Assembly (NCBI GenBank): GCA_965205865.1
Contig: CBDBHR010000030.1
Location: 992,001-1,056,000, forward strand
Origin: a bacterium
GTDB taxonomy: Bacteria > SAR324 > NAC60-12
Direction: 5' to 3'
Length of the DNA stretch: 64,000 nt
The notes under the pieces were generated by a model. It saw only the letters and a list, made by a program, of their open reading frames with translations. It made no database searches and was not told where the DNA came from. Positions 10,478 to 21,195 of this stretch are shown here, piece by piece. The stretch's first letter is position 1. Each line of letters starts with the position of its first letter. The position numbers and the translations under genes were made by a program.

Positions 10478-11320
10478 GTGAAATCTCGAGAAACAACCAA
10501 ACGATTCCATCGAATCGTCAGAAACCCGGCGCTGCAAACGGCTCCGACGTCGGCCTCCTCCGAATTACTTTATGGAATTTTGCCTGTCCGGCAAGCTCTC
10601 TTGCATCGCAAGCGCGCCTTGATTTCCCTTGCCATCAAAGAGCGCTTTGCTTCAAAGCGTTTGAAGGAACTGCGGGACATGGCGGAAAAAATCGGCGTGC
10701 CTGTCCATTTTTTGAATCAGTCCCGGTTGGATGCGCTTTGCCCCGCGATTCCTCATCAAGGAGCGGTTTTGACTTGTGGCATGTTGCCTTATGCCGACCA
10801 CGACCTGCCGGATGCACCACTTCAGTTGCCCGGGGCAAGTCAATTCCCCATTTATGTGGCTCTGGATCAGATTGAAGATCCACACAACTTAGGAGCCATT
10901 GTGCGTTCATGCGCTTTTTTTGATGTTTCCGGAGTGATTGTCCCCCGCCAACGTTCCTCTCCTTTGAACCCTGTCGTTTCCAAAAGCTCCGCCGGTGTTG
11001 TGGAGTCTTTTCCCGTAATTGCGGTTGCCAACCTTTCTCGGTTCTTGAAAACGCAAAAAAAGAAAGGCTATTGGATAGTTGGCTTGGACACGGAAGCGGA
11101 GATGCCCATGACGACTCTGTTCCATGACCGTCCCTATATCCTGGTTGTGGGCAATGAGGGTCGGGGAATGCGCCAGCTGGTCAAATCGATCTGTGATTGG
11201 CAGGTCACGATTCAAGGAAACATGAAAGGGGCGGCCCTCAACGTGAGCAATGCCACCGCCATTGCCCTCTATCAACTGACACATCGACGGTCCGCCAATA
11301 CGGCTTCCTTTTCTCTTTGA
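10478..11320 (+). CDS. rlmB: 23S rRNA 2'-O-methyltransferase, TrmH/SpoU family (RlmB-like)
   Basis: HQG, DPHNLGAIVRS, VGNEGRG, LNVSNA. Confidence 0.85.
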   Translation: MKSRETTKRFHRIVRNPALQTAPTSASSELLYGILPVRQALLHRKRALISLAIKERFASKRLKELRDMAEKIGVPVHFLNQSRLDALCPAIPHQGAVLTCGMLPYADHDLPDAPLQLPGASQFPIYVALDQIEDPHNLGAIVRSCAFFDVSGVIVPRQRSSPLNPVVSKSSAGVVESFPVIAVANLSRFLKTQKKKGYWIVGLDTEAEMPMTTLFHDRPYILVVGNEGRGMRQLVKSICDWQVTIQGNMKGAALNVSNATAIALYQLTHRRSANTASFSL

Positions 11321-11321
11321 C

Positions 11322-12452
11322 TCAGCCGTCCACCTGAAAGCGCCGCATTCGGATATTGAGCAGTAAACCGATTCCAAACATCATGGACAGCATTGAAGAA
11401 CCGCCATAGCTGAAAAAAGGAAGCGGCACTCCGACAACCGGCATCAACCCCAAAACCATCCCGATGTTGATCAGCACGTGGGAGGTGATGACGGAAACAA
11501 TGCCAACCACCAGAATCGCACTGGAGCGGTCCTTGGTTTTCAAAATCCCGGTCAACGCCCAGAGAATGAGAAAAAGGAAGAGGGTCAAGACCGCTAAGCC
11601 TCCACTGAATCCCCATTCTTCGGTAAAAACGGAGAATATAAAATCGGTATGATGGGCGGGAAGAAAGTTCAGTTTTCCTTGGGTTCCCTGCTCGAATCCT
11701 TTCCCCCAGATACGACCGCTGCCAATAGCAATCATGGATTGGATCACCTGGTATCCGGCACCGAGCGCATCCCGTTCCGGGTTGATGAACGTCAAGATGC
11801 GGTCCTGCTGATAAGGTTTAAGAATGGGATTCAAAAGATAAGGAATGCCGAACCAGGCCACAATTGAAGAGAGCATCAAAAGGAATCCGATGGCCAGCAT
11901 TGTCAACTTGCGAATACCAACTAAAAAAATGACGAAACTATAGGTAATCAGGAGCAACAACGCCGTTCCCAAATCAGGCTGCCTCAAAATCAGGACGAAG
12001 TGGATCATGACCAGGACGGTGGGCCAGATCAGTTCGATGAAACCTATATTTCCAATTCGACGCGCATCTCGAAAATGATGGGCCAACACCAAGACCAGGG
12101 TGAATTTTGAAAATTCGGACGGTTGTACAAAAACCCCCCCCAAATCAAGCCACCGTTTGACCGGTGTTCCAGGACCTCCTACTCCAATCAGCAAAACCAG
12201 AACCAGCAAGAGTAAAATCCCGGTATGGAGCAAAATTCCCCATTTGATGAGAATCCGATAGTGAATCAACGTGGTGCAAAAAGCGACTCCCACTCCCAGG
12301 AATATCCAGTACAGTTGACGAAATTTGTAGTTCGCCATTTCAGGTGTTCCGATGGTAGCCGAATGAATGGCAGCGAGGCCAATGGTACAAATCACCAGCA
12401 CTATGCCACACAAAATCCAATCAAAATTGGACAACAATCGCCTATCAAACAT
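11322..12452 (-). CDS. rodA: Rod shape-determining SEDS protein RodA
   Basis: QPSEF, QPDLGT, GYQVIQSMIAIGSG, HTDFIFS, SYGGSS. Confidence 0.92.
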   Translation of the reverse strand: MFDRRLLSNFDWILCGIVLVICTIGLAAIHSATIGTPEMANYKFRQLYWIFLGVGVAFCTTLIHYRILIKWGILLHTGILLLLVLVLLIGVGGPGTPVKRWLDLGGVFVQPSEFSKFTLVLVLAHHFRDARRIGNIGFIELIWPTVLVMIHFVLILRQPDLGTALLLLITYSFVIFLVGIRKLTMLAIGFLLMLSSIVAWFGIPYLLNPILKPYQQDRILTFINPERDALGAGYQVIQSMIAIGSGRIWGKGFEQGTQGKLNFLPAHHTDFIFSVFTEEWGFSGGLAVLTLFLFLILWALTGILKTKDRSSAILVVGIVSVITSHVLINIGMVLGLMPVVGVPLPFFSYGGSSMLSMMFGIGLLLNIRMRRFQVDG

Positions 12453-12784
12453 TATTCCAACCCTGCACCATCCATTTCAAACAACCACTGCGCCAACCTA
12501 TCCCGTCCTTAAACCATTTATTGCATTTGATAGAGTTCCCTCCAATTGCTCTTTAAAATTGGTTTCGCTCCGGGAACAACCGGGAATACTCAGAGGGAAT
12601 CAGAAAAAGGTAGCAGAGGTCAATGGAAAAGTCATCATCCCCTTATGGCTATATGGGAAAATTGATGGACAAAATATAATTTCATTGATATAAACATTAG
12701 ATACCGGTTGCTGTTGATGCGAGTATTTTCAGAGCAGGAATCGGCTTGTGAACCAGTATTTTAATCTTCTAAAAAATCTTTTTT

Positions 12785-13153
12785 ATGATTACGCTTACAA
12801 CGGCAGCTGCAAAAGAAATCAAGAAAATCATGGCAGAACAACATCTTCCCCACGAGGTCAAGATCCGTGTTGGGGTTAAAGGAGGAGGATGTTCCGGTTT
12901 TACTTATACCTTTGAATTCGATTCGAAAAAACGCAAGTTTGACCTAGAATTTGAATCTCGGGATTTGCGGATTTTGGTGGACAAGAAGAGTAATTTGTAT
13001 ATCAAGGACACTGAAATCGACTGGAGTTATGGCTTGATGGATCGTGGATTGAGATTCAACAATCCAGGTGCAAAAAGCTCCTGCGGCTGCAAAACATCCT
13101 TCATGTTCGAACCCCCGGAAGAGATGGCAAGGCTGCCCACTCCCTGGAATTGA
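12785..13153 (+). CDS. IscA/HesB-family A-type Fe-S carrier
   Basis: GGGCSG and CGC motifs. Confidence 0.92.
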   Translation: MITLTTAAAKEIKKIMAEQHLPHEVKIRVGVKGGGCSGFTYTFEFDSKKRKFDLEFESRDLRILVDKKSNLYIKDTEIDWSYGLMDRGLRFNNPGAKSSCGCKTSFMFEPPEEMARLPTPWN

Positions 13154-13177
13154 TTCCCATTATCTCTTGAAAGTAAT

Positions 13178-13432
13178 ATGAACGGACCCTTTGGTCAATC
13201 CATTGAAGAACAGGTAAAAACCTGCATAGAAACTGCGATTCCTCAGTCACGGGCGCAAGTGCGCAGCAACGGTAATCATTTTGAGATTACGGTGGTTTCT
13301 CCCGCGTTTGAAGGCAAGGGATTGTTGGACAAACAGCGCATGGTCTATTCGGCAATTGCATCCTTCATGTCCGGCCCCAATGCACCCATTCATGCCGTGG
13401 ACCGTTTACGAACTCTCTGTTCTGAGACATGA
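13178..13432 (+). CDS. BolA/IbaG-family protein
   Basis: HFEITVVSPAFEGK...QRMVY...IHA. Confidence 0.88.
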   Translation: MNGPFGQSIEEQVKTCIETAIPQSRAQVRSNGNHFEITVVSPAFEGKGLLDKQRMVYSAIASFMSGPNAPIHAVDRLRTLCSET

Positions 13433-13548
13433 CAAACCGGCTTATTCCTTGCCAATGCAGCGACTTTTTTCCCCTCTGATTCGATACTTTTCTTCAATAG
13501 GAAGCAAAAAGCGAAGCACTATGCGATCATTTTTAATATGGAAAATTC

Positions 13549-13863
13549 ATGAAAATTGAAGGCAAGCGAGTTACCTTCTCAAAAAAACCGGATGTGAAAT
13601 ATTCGGGTAACCTCATTCAAACAACCGAAGACCAAATCACCTTGGAAGGTGTGGACGAGGATTCATACATAAAAATTTATTCTCCATTTCGTGGAATTGC
13701 CCAATTGCTGCTCTTTGAGAACGGAAAATGGATTGATGCCCAAAGTGGTTCTTCCCAATTTGATTTTTCTTCGCTGGGACTTGGCGATCTTCCGGATTCG
13801 GACAATTTGGAGGAGAGTGCGGAGCAAGCGGAAGACCTGAAGAAAAAAGAGGATTTGCTTTAA
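13549..13863 (+). CDS. Hypothetical acidic protein
   Basis: 104-aa ORF directly upstream of gyrA; no family recognised. Confidence 0.6.
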   Translation: MKIEGKRVTFSKKPDVKYSGNLIQTTEDQITLEGVDEDSYIKIYSPFRGIAQLLLFENGKWIDAQSGSSQFDFSSLGLGDLPDSDNLEESAEQAEDLKKKEDLL

Positions 13864-13876
13864 TCGTGAATTGACG

Positions 13877-16327
13877 ATGACTGAGAAAATCATTGAGACG
13901 GATATCTCCCGGGAGATGCGCGATTCTTATTTGGAATACGCCATGAGCGTCATTATCGGACGCGCATTACCGGACGTCCGCGATGGTCTTAAACCCGTAC
14001 ATCGCCGAACTTTGTTTTCTATGACCGAGCAAGGCAATGACTACAATAAACCTTACCGAAAATCGGCGAGGGTGGTGGGGGACGTGATAGGTAAATACCA
14101 TCCTCATGGGGAGACTGCCGTTTACGATACCATCGTCCGCATGGCGCAACATTTTTCCATGCGTTATCCCTTGGTAGATGGTCAGGGAAATTTTGGTTCA
14201 GTCGATGGAGATTCTGCCGCTGCCATGCGTTACACGGAAATACGCATGGAACGTATCACCCACGAAATGATGACGGATCTGGAAAAAGATACGGTGGAGT
14301 TTGTCCCCAATTATGACGAGTCCTTCGAGGAGCCCAGCGTTCTGCCTACTAAAATACCCAATTTGCTGGTCAACGGTTCCTCGGGAATTGCCGTAGGAAT
14401 GGCAAGCAATATTCCTCCTCACAATCTCAGCGAAGTGATGAATGGTCTGCTTTATTATATGGACAACCAGAACAATGCGTCACTGCCTGAATTGATGGCG
14501 CATTTGCCCGGACCGGATTTTCCCACCGGAGGGCGAATCATGGGAAGATCCGGTATTTATGGCGCATACCAAAGCGGAAGAGGGATCATCGTGGTGCGGG
14601 CGCAAACCCACTTTGAGAAGGGACATGGAGATACGGAAAATATTATTGTGACGGAGTTGCCCTATATGGTCAACAAAGCCAATCTGATTGAAAAAATTGC
14701 CGGACTCGTACGCGACAAAAAAATCGAAGGTATTTCGGATTTACGGGATGAATCGGACCGCAAAGGGATGCGCATTTACATCCAGGTCAAACGTAATGAT
14801 AATCCGGAAGTCGTTTTGAGCAGTCTTTATAAACATACCGCCATGCAGTCTTCGTTTGGCATTATCATGCTCGCTATCGTCGATCAGCAGCCCAAAGTAT
14901 TGCCCTTGCCGCAAATCCTTCGTTTGTTCTTGGAACATCGCATGTTGATTGTCGGGCGAAGGATCCGGTATGAATTGAATCAGGCAGAAGCCAAAGCTCA
15001 TATTCTGTTAGGATTGACCATCGCTCTTTCTCACCTGGATGCAGTGATCGAACAGATACGCAATGCGGAGAATGGGGCGGTTGCCAAAGAGGAGTTGGTC
15101 GAAAATTTCAACCTTTCAGACAAGCAGGCTCAGGCCATTCTGGATATGAGGTTGCAACGTCTGACAGGATTGGAACGAGAAAAAGTTTTTCAGGATTTCG
15201 AGAAACTGAAAAAAGAGATTCAAACATTTCAGGAGATCCTTGCCGACGACCGACGTATTTTGGACATTATCCGGCAAGAATGCCTGGAAATCCGAGATAG
15301 ATACGGAGATCCCCGCCGTACCGAGATTTCTGAAGAAGACAGTTCCATTGCAATCGAGGAATTGATTACCCGTGAAGACATGGTGGTCACCATTTCCCAC
15401 AGTGGCTACATCAAGCGCAGTTCTGTCAGTGAATACCGCGTGCAACGCCGTGGCGGAAAAGGGCGGATAGGCATGAGCATAAAAGATGAAGATTTTGTGG
15501 AAAAAATGTTCGTGGCATCCACGCATGATCACTTACTGATATTCACGACGTTTGGGCAAGTTTTCGCCATGAAGGTCTATGAATTGCCCCAGGCGGGTCC
15601 TGCCAGCAAAGGAAAAGCCATCGTCAATCTTTTGCCATTGAGGGCAGAAGAAAAAGTTTGCGCCTACCTCAATGCCCCTGAATTTACGGAGGATCGCCAT
15701 GTGTTGATGTGCACAGTCAATGGTCTCTGTAAAAAAACCAATCTCTATGCATTTCGTAAAGTGCGCGCCACCGGGATTCGGGCTATCACACTCTCTGAGA
15801 AAGACACCATGCTCTCAGCCCAACTGACAGACGGGAATCAGGAAGTTCTGTTTGCCACGCGGCTGGGGATGAGTTTAAGGATTCATGAAAGCCAGATCCG
15901 TGCGATGGGCCGGGAAGCTCGTGGGGTGATTGGGATACGAATGAAAGAGCAAGATCAGTTGGTCACCATGGAAGTTTTGCAGAAAACAGGAGCTATTCTG
16001 ACAGTGACCGAGAACGGTTATGGCAAAAAGACGCTGCTTGAAGACTACCCGCTTTCTAAAAATCGAGGCAACCAGGGAGTTCGTACCATCAAAACCTCCG
16101 AGCGGAATGGTCACGTTATTGGCGCCCTGGAAATCGGAGAAGATTATCAGGTCTTGCTCGTCACTCAATTTGGAAAAGTGATCCGTATCAAAACCGATCA
16201 AATCCCGGTCATTGGTCGCATTACCCAAGGGGTGCGGCTTTTCAATCTGGAAGAGCAAGAGAAGGTCATTGATCTTGCCCGGTTATTGGAAGAATCGGAT
16301 GAAGAAGAGGAGAAGGAGCCCCTCTGA
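13877..16327 (+). CDS. gyrA: DNA gyrase subunit A
   Basis: GKYHPHG, AAMRYTE catalytic Tyr, GyrA-box QRRGGKG, C-terminal beta-pinwheel repeats. Confidence 0.98.
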   Translation: MTEKIIETDISREMRDSYLEYAMSVIIGRALPDVRDGLKPVHRRTLFSMTEQGNDYNKPYRKSARVVGDVIGKYHPHGETAVYDTIVRMAQHFSMRYPLVDGQGNFGSVDGDSAAAMRYTEIRMERITHEMMTDLEKDTVEFVPNYDESFEEPSVLPTKIPNLLVNGSSGIAVGMASNIPPHNLSEVMNGLLYYMDNQNNASLPELMAHLPGPDFPTGGRIMGRSGIYGAYQSGRGIIVVRAQTHFEKGHGDTENIIVTELPYMVNKANLIEKIAGLVRDKKIEGISDLRDESDRKGMRIYIQVKRNDNPEVVLSSLYKHTAMQSSFGIIMLAIVDQQPKVLPLPQILRLFLEHRMLIVGRRIRYELNQAEAKAHILLGLTIALSHLDAVIEQIRNAENGAVAKEELVENFNLSDKQAQAILDMRLQRLTGLEREKVFQDFEKLKKEIQTFQEILADDRRILDIIRQECLEIRDRYGDPRRTEISEEDSSIAIEELITREDMVVTISHSGYIKRSSVSEYRVQRRGGKGRIGMSIKDEDFVEKMFVASTHDHLLIFTTFGQVFAMKVYELPQAGPASKGKAIVNLLPLRAEEKVCAYLNAPEFTEDRHVLMCTVNGLCKKTNLYAFRKVRATGIRAITLSEKDTMLSAQLTDGNQEVLFATRLGMSLRIHESQIRAMGREARGVIGIRMKEQDQLVTMEVLQKTGAILTVTENGYGKKTLLEDYPLSKNRGNQGVRTIKTSERNGHVIGALEIGEDYQVLLVTQFGKVIRIKTDQIPVIGRITQGVRLFNLEEQEKVIDLARLLEESDEEEEKEPL

Positions 16328-16389
16328 GGAGCAGCATTCCTCATTGCCCCGCGAAATGCTTTTCAAACCACGCATTTTGGGATTCCGGT

Positions 16390-16610
16390 AGTTTTTTTTG
16401 GCTTTGCCCGTGGATTTCTTCTTCCATTTTTTACGTCGATTAGCTGCCAGCTTGAATGCTTTTTCTTCTCCGTGTTTATTGATTGAAAACACGCGACATC
16501 GATGGATTCCGTATTCAGCGCTCCAAGATACCGAAGAAATACGCTGAAAATATCACCGCGATTCTTTTTCCTCGTCAGTGAACCCCAATCACTCGGATCT
16601 TGTTGCATTC
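16390..16610 (-). pseudogene. Frameshifted AP2-like DNA-binding domain remnant
   Basis: Fragments in different frames: VIGVH, TRKKNRG, SVSWSAEYG...RVFSINKHGEEKAFKLAANRRK; boundaries approximate. Confidence 0.45.
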
Positions 16611-17070
16611 GTCCCGTCTGACAATACGACGGACAGGATAGGACTATCCGATTTCCTAAATCAAGTCATCAAGGAACTCGATGGCTTGTTCCGGCACTAT
16701 TTTACTCCCATTGCATTTGAGATCATCGAACAACTCGGAATGATTGACGAAAGCAATTTCAGAGTGGAAAATACCAACGGAAAATCATAATTTTGCTGGC
16801 AAACAGGGAATCAGCAGATGTTCATGGCGCATCCGATAGTCCGGCCAATTTAAGAAAAAAATTCATTCGTGGGCACTATTTTTTTTCTAATGAAATCATA
16901 ACGATAGTTATAAAAATATGATTTTTTTAGCAATTTTTTTTAGGGTTTTTAATCAAATATTTGGGGCTAACAATCTGATATTTAAGGGTATCTTTTTCGT
17001 TGCTTTCCCATTCAGGATTCTCTATTGTGTGGGTACTTCACAAAAAAAGAGGGATATCGACTGAATCAGT

Positions 17071-17118
17071 ATCGACCACAAGGAGGTGGCACTCAATCGA
17101 CCACAAGGAGGTGGTACT
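17071..17118 (+). promoter_or_regulatory. Two tandem 23-bp repeats, each a CCAC-AAGGAG-GTGG hairpin (CsrA/RsmA-type site)
   Basis: ATCGACCACAAGGAGGTGG(C/T)ACT at 17071-17093 and 17096-17118, upstream of the dnaA-like gene. Confidence 0.55.
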
Positions 17119-17163
17119 AATAGCAAAAGGTAATTTCAAGTCAAGCGAGATCGAGTAATCCAA

Positions 17164-18693
17164 ATGGAAGTGGATTTGGGGAAGAGGATGGATCTGAATA
17201 AAAGATGGTCGCTGCTTAAAGAACAACTTTGCAAAGAGTTGAAACCCGAACAGTATGAAGGGTGGATCGATCAAATTGTCTTGGCAGAAGCTTCTATCAG
17301 GAAAATCATTATTGCAGGCATTCCCCATCCTCTCTTTAGAGATGATATTGCAAGCAACTATGATCGCTTGTTTCGCAGGCTCCTCAACGAAATCTTTCCG
17401 GAAATCGCCCCTGTTTATAAGAAAAGAATCAAATACTGCGTGGGGACGTGCGATGTTGATCAAAAAGATCCTGTCCAAACGGAATTTGTTTTTGAAGAAT
17501 CCAGTGATGATATTTCTTCGGAAGAATTGCTGATCAGCGGCTCCAATCCTTCAGGGAAAAAAGCAAGAGCCATACTTGCCGGCAAGAAAGTCATTCCTCT
17601 ACAGACGTCGGATTTCGCCGCATTATTCAATCCCAAACACTCTCTGGATTCTTTAATTGTCAGTGAACACAACAAACTGGCTTATGAAGCGGCCCGGCAC
17701 ATTATTCATGCTCCTGGCGCTTCATACAATCCATTTTATATTTACGGAGAATTAGGGTTGGGCAAGACGCATCTACTGGAAGCCATCGGGCGGGCTTTTT
17801 TCCAGTTGCATCCGGGTTCCACCGTGATCTATCTCACTGCAGAATCTTTTTTGAATGATTATGTAGAACATATCCAGCAAAAGAAAATGAGCAATTTTCG
17901 ACAGCGGTACCGTAAAATGGATATGGTTTTGATTGATCGCGTGCAATTCATTTCAGGCGCCAAATATTTTCAGGAAGAGTTGTATCATACCATTGAATCC
18001 CTACAAAAAGCGGGGAAACAGGTTGTGGTGACCTGCAATCAGCTCAGTCGAAATATAAAAGAAATGAATCCCTCCCTCAGTTCCCTGTTGGAATCGGGAT
18101 TGATGGTGGAGATCACTAATCCGGACCTGGAAACCCGAATGGCGATTCTACGGAACCGGGCACGGAGGGATCATGTGAAACTCCCTCCGGAAGTTTGTTA
18201 TTTCATTGCCCAGCATATCACCACGAATGTTCGGAAAATGGAAAGTGCCCTGATCCGCTTGGGAGCGCATGCTTCCCTCCTTGGTCAAAAGATCACACTG
18301 GAATTTGCAAAAAGGAATTTGTCCGATCTGCTGGAAACTCCCTTTCATGAAGACCAAGTTGATCTGATTCTTCAAAAAATCTGTACCATGTCTCAGGTAT
18401 CTCGCTCTGATCTCAAATCAGGAGTGCGTGCCAGTCACGTGGTTTGCGCAAGACTGATGGGCATGTATTTGCTGAAAGAGTTGACGGATTTGTCCCTCAC
18501 TGAAATTGGCGCTCAATTTGGCAATCGGACCCATTCTGCCATTCATGACTCTATTAAACGGATTCGTAAAAGAATGGAAACGGACGACGTGTTGTGTCAA
18601 CAGCTTCAATTGCTGAAAGAGGATCTATCCCGGACCTGCGCAAAGCCAATGAAGATCCCTCGAAAGACCTGCGAAATGAAGCAACTCCCATGA
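17164..18693 (+). CDS. dnaA: DnaA-family protein, atypical paralogue
   Basis: All four DnaA domains are recognisable (YNPFYIYGELGLGKTHLL, NVRKMESAL, SLTEIGAQFG), but Walker B, sensor 1, arginine finger and DnaA-box reading residues are altered. Confidence 0.85.
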   Translation: MEVDLGKRMDLNKRWSLLKEQLCKELKPEQYEGWIDQIVLAEASIRKIIIAGIPHPLFRDDIASNYDRLFRRLLNEIFPEIAPVYKKRIKYCVGTCDVDQKDPVQTEFVFEESSDDISSEELLISGSNPSGKKARAILAGKKVIPLQTSDFAALFNPKHSLDSLIVSEHNKLAYEAARHIIHAPGASYNPFYIYGELGLGKTHLLEAIGRAFFQLHPGSTVIYLTAESFLNDYVEHIQQKKMSNFRQRYRKMDMVLIDRVQFISGAKYFQEELYHTIESLQKAGKQVVVTCNQLSRNIKEMNPSLSSLLESGLMVEITNPDLETRMAILRNRARRDHVKLPPEVCYFIAQHITTNVRKMESALIRLGAHASLLGQKITLEFAKRNLSDLLETPFHEDQVDLILQKICTMSQVSRSDLKSGVRASHVVCARLMGMYLLKELTDLSLTEIGAQFGNRTHSAIHDSIKRIRKRMETDDVLCQQLQLLKEDLSRTCAKPMKIPRKTCEMKQLP

Positions 18694-18707
18694 AAATCAG
18701 ATGCTCT

Positions 18708-19709
18708 TCATTTCTCTGTTGTAATCATTCCTTTGAAAAACAAACCAAATTCTCCGGGAAGATAATCCTGGATCATGCCAAAATAGCGATTCCACGGAGC
18801 AACGGGCAGACGTTCGCGGCTTTGATAATACAGGGAGGTTTCACTGTGCTTCCAGCGTTCCTGTAAGAATGTTTTTAAAGGAGACTCCTCGCTCAAGCCT
18901 TCCAATACGATCACGCGCGAGCCTGAACCCGTAGCGTATTTTTCAAAATGCGCCACAATTTCTGCGCCTTTGTCTGCAGCCAGGTAACGTTCTAAAAGGA
19001 GGGTCGCCTGGTAATCAATTTTGATCCAATTGGTCAAATCCAACAACTCCAAATGTACTTCTGCATCCATTTTATTGGAATCATCCAGCACGAAGCCGAT
19101 TTCCAGGTCCTGGGCCAGGGTACGAATCGTCTTCAAATAATCTTTGGTGACATGTTCGCTCAGCTCCAGGTAAAAAAGGCGTTTATATTCGGGAAACAGT
19201 TGGAGGAGCAGTTTCAAGGCCATCGGGTAGTTCAAATAGTCCGCGTCCACATTTTGGGTGAACCGCAGCGTGCCCAGGTTTTCATGGGAAAGGTCGGTTT
19301 GCTGCTTCAAGAGACGCAAAGTGACCAAGGCTGCAATCAGGGACGCAAAACGCACCAGGACAGAAGAAATTCGTAATGCTTGGCATTGTTGCAGAATTCC
19401 ACCAAAACTGCGGCCTTCCCGGTCGATGGACAGCATTTCAAATCCCTTCGTTAAAGGATAGACGTCGTGGGCGGTAAGGACATCTACCGATTCGGCCTTC
19501 ACCGAAAACCATTTGAGATAATTTTTTGCGCGTTCACTCAGTTTTTGCCATTCTCTTGTCATCAGAATGGAGAGTAATTTTTCTATAATGGAAGGGAAGC
19601 AGGTCAGGGGGATGTTGGGTGGGACTAACAGTACAGCGGATTCGGCAAGCTTGTCATCATCCAGCATGTCTCCTATTTCAGCAGCTAAATCCAGGGAAGA
19701 TAAACTCAT
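18708..19709 (-). CDS. Stand-alone EAL-domain (c-di-GMP phosphodiesterase-like) protein
   Basis: Motifs in the expected order: GFEMLS, TQNVD, LELSE, VLDDS, WIKID, LEGL, YQ. Confidence 0.6.
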   Translation of the reverse strand: MSLSSLDLAAEIGDMLDDDKLAESAVLLVPPNIPLTCFPSIIEKLLSILMTREWQKLSERAKNYLKWFSVKAESVDVLTAHDVYPLTKGFEMLSIDREGRSFGGILQQCQALRISSVLVRFASLIAALVTLRLLKQQTDLSHENLGTLRFTQNVDADYLNYPMALKLLLQLFPEYKRLFYLELSEHVTKDYLKTIRTLAQDLEIGFVLDDSNKMDAEVHLELLDLTNWIKIDYQATLLLERYLAADKGAEIVAHFEKYATGSGSRVIVLEGLSEESPLKTFLQERWKHSETSLYYQSRERLPVAPWNRYFGMIQDYLPGEFGLFFKGMITTEK

Positions 19710-19770
19710 AGAATGGTCTTTATGGGAACTGCAACATTTTTTTGCGCAGAGACAAACGATATCCAGGAAA

Positions 19771-21126
19771 TCAGACGTTCTCTCGAAGAGTCAAATTGGC
19801 GAATTTGGTGTATTTTCCAATGAAAGCCAGTCGTTTGGTTCCGGTTTCCCCATTGCGATGCTTGGCCACCATAATTTCTGCAATTCCCTGGTCTTCGGTC
19901 TCTTCGTTATAAACTTCATCGCGATAAATGAAGATGATAATATCCGCATCCTGCTCGATGGCGCCAGATTCGCGTAAATCCGCCATCGAGGGATGTTTAT
20001 CCGTTCGCCGCTCCAAATCCCGATTCAGTTGGGAAACAGCAAGCAGGGGGACATTGAATTCTTTGGCAATGGCTTTGAGGTTCCTTGAAATTTCTGCAAT
20101 TTCCTGTTCCCGGGAATTGAGACGGATAGTGCTATGCATGAGTTGCAAGTAATCCACGAGTACCAGCCCGATTTCTCCATATTCATTTTGCGCCTGCCGG
20201 ATGACTTTGCGTATATGCATGGGGGAAATGGTTCCTTGGTCATCAATCAATAAAGGAGCCTTCATTATTTTTGCGGCTGCCGTGGATAAACTGTCCCAAT
20301 CTGTTTGAGCCAAACGTCCCGTCTGCAATTTATGGGAATCCACTCTCCCCTCACTGCACAAAAGCCGCATTGCAATATGTTCTTTGGGCATTTCCAGACT
20401 GAATATAAGCACCGGACGATTTCCTTCGCCATGAACGGAGGCATAAAAACCAATATTCATAGCAAATGCCGTCTTTCCCATAGAAGGACGAGCCGCGAGG
20501 ACGATCAAATCCCCTTTTTGCAGTCCATGGGTCAATTCATCTAATTCTGTGAATCCTGTTGGAATACCGGTGATGGTTTGCGGCGATTGGGAGCGTTTTT
20601 CCAGGAGATCAATATAATCATGAAGCACGGCGCTCAGGTGATCATAACTCTTTTGAAAGTCAATTTTAGATTCAAGCTGATGGAGGGTTGCTGTTGCCTG
20701 CTCGATGAGGAATTCGACATTTTCCGGAGATTCCGTCCCCTGTTTGGCAATTTCATTGGCAGCTATGATCAATTCACGCAATCGCCCTTTTTCACGGACA
20801 ATTTGCGCATAATGCTCAACGTTCTCTACAACCGGCGTGGCTTGAGTCAACTCAACGAGATAATTCACGCCTCCTGTTTGCTCGAGCAAATTTCGGTCTT
20901 TTAAAAAAGTACCCAGGGTGACTTCATCAACAGGTTCATCTCTGTCTCTTAAATCTAAAGCTGCCTGGTATATTTTTTGATGGGCAGGAGAAAAAAAATC
21001 CGAGGAAACCAGCGTATCTGCGACTTGATAAAGGACTTCGTTCTTGATGATTATTGCCCCCAAAATCGCTTGTTCCGCCATTTTATCATGGGGTAATAAT
21101 TTCGACGGAAAGTCTTGTGAAGCCAT
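19771..21126 (-). CDS. dnaB: Replicative DNA helicase
   Basis: AARPSMGKT, VDYLQL, SQLNR, DLRESGAIEQDAD, KHRNG; no intein. Confidence 0.98.
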   Translation of the reverse strand: MASQDFPSKLLPHDKMAEQAILGAIIIKNEVLYQVADTLVSSDFFSPAHQKIYQAALDLRDRDEPVDEVTLGTFLKDRNLLEQTGGVNYLVELTQATPVVENVEHYAQIVREKGRLRELIIAANEIAKQGTESPENVEFLIEQATATLHQLESKIDFQKSYDHLSAVLHDYIDLLEKRSQSPQTITGIPTGFTELDELTHGLQKGDLIVLAARPSMGKTAFAMNIGFYASVHGEGNRPVLIFSLEMPKEHIAMRLLCSEGRVDSHKLQTGRLAQTDWDSLSTAAAKIMKAPLLIDDQGTISPMHIRKVIRQAQNEYGEIGLVLVDYLQLMHSTIRLNSREQEIAEISRNLKAIAKEFNVPLLAVSQLNRDLERRTDKHPSMADLRESGAIEQDADIIIFIYRDEVYNEETEDQGIAEIMVAKHRNGETGTKRLAFIGKYTKFANLTLRENV

Positions 21127-21195
21127 AAATACTCCTGCAAAAGAGCATTGGATACAAATGCGTCAAATCACACCCGATGCATTGCTTACAATACG

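Noticed and set aside
16830-17163. oriC next to dnaA
   Set aside because: The region is AT-rich, but I found no TTATCCACA-like box cluster and no dnaN; it cannot be fully excluded if the box sequence is non-canonical
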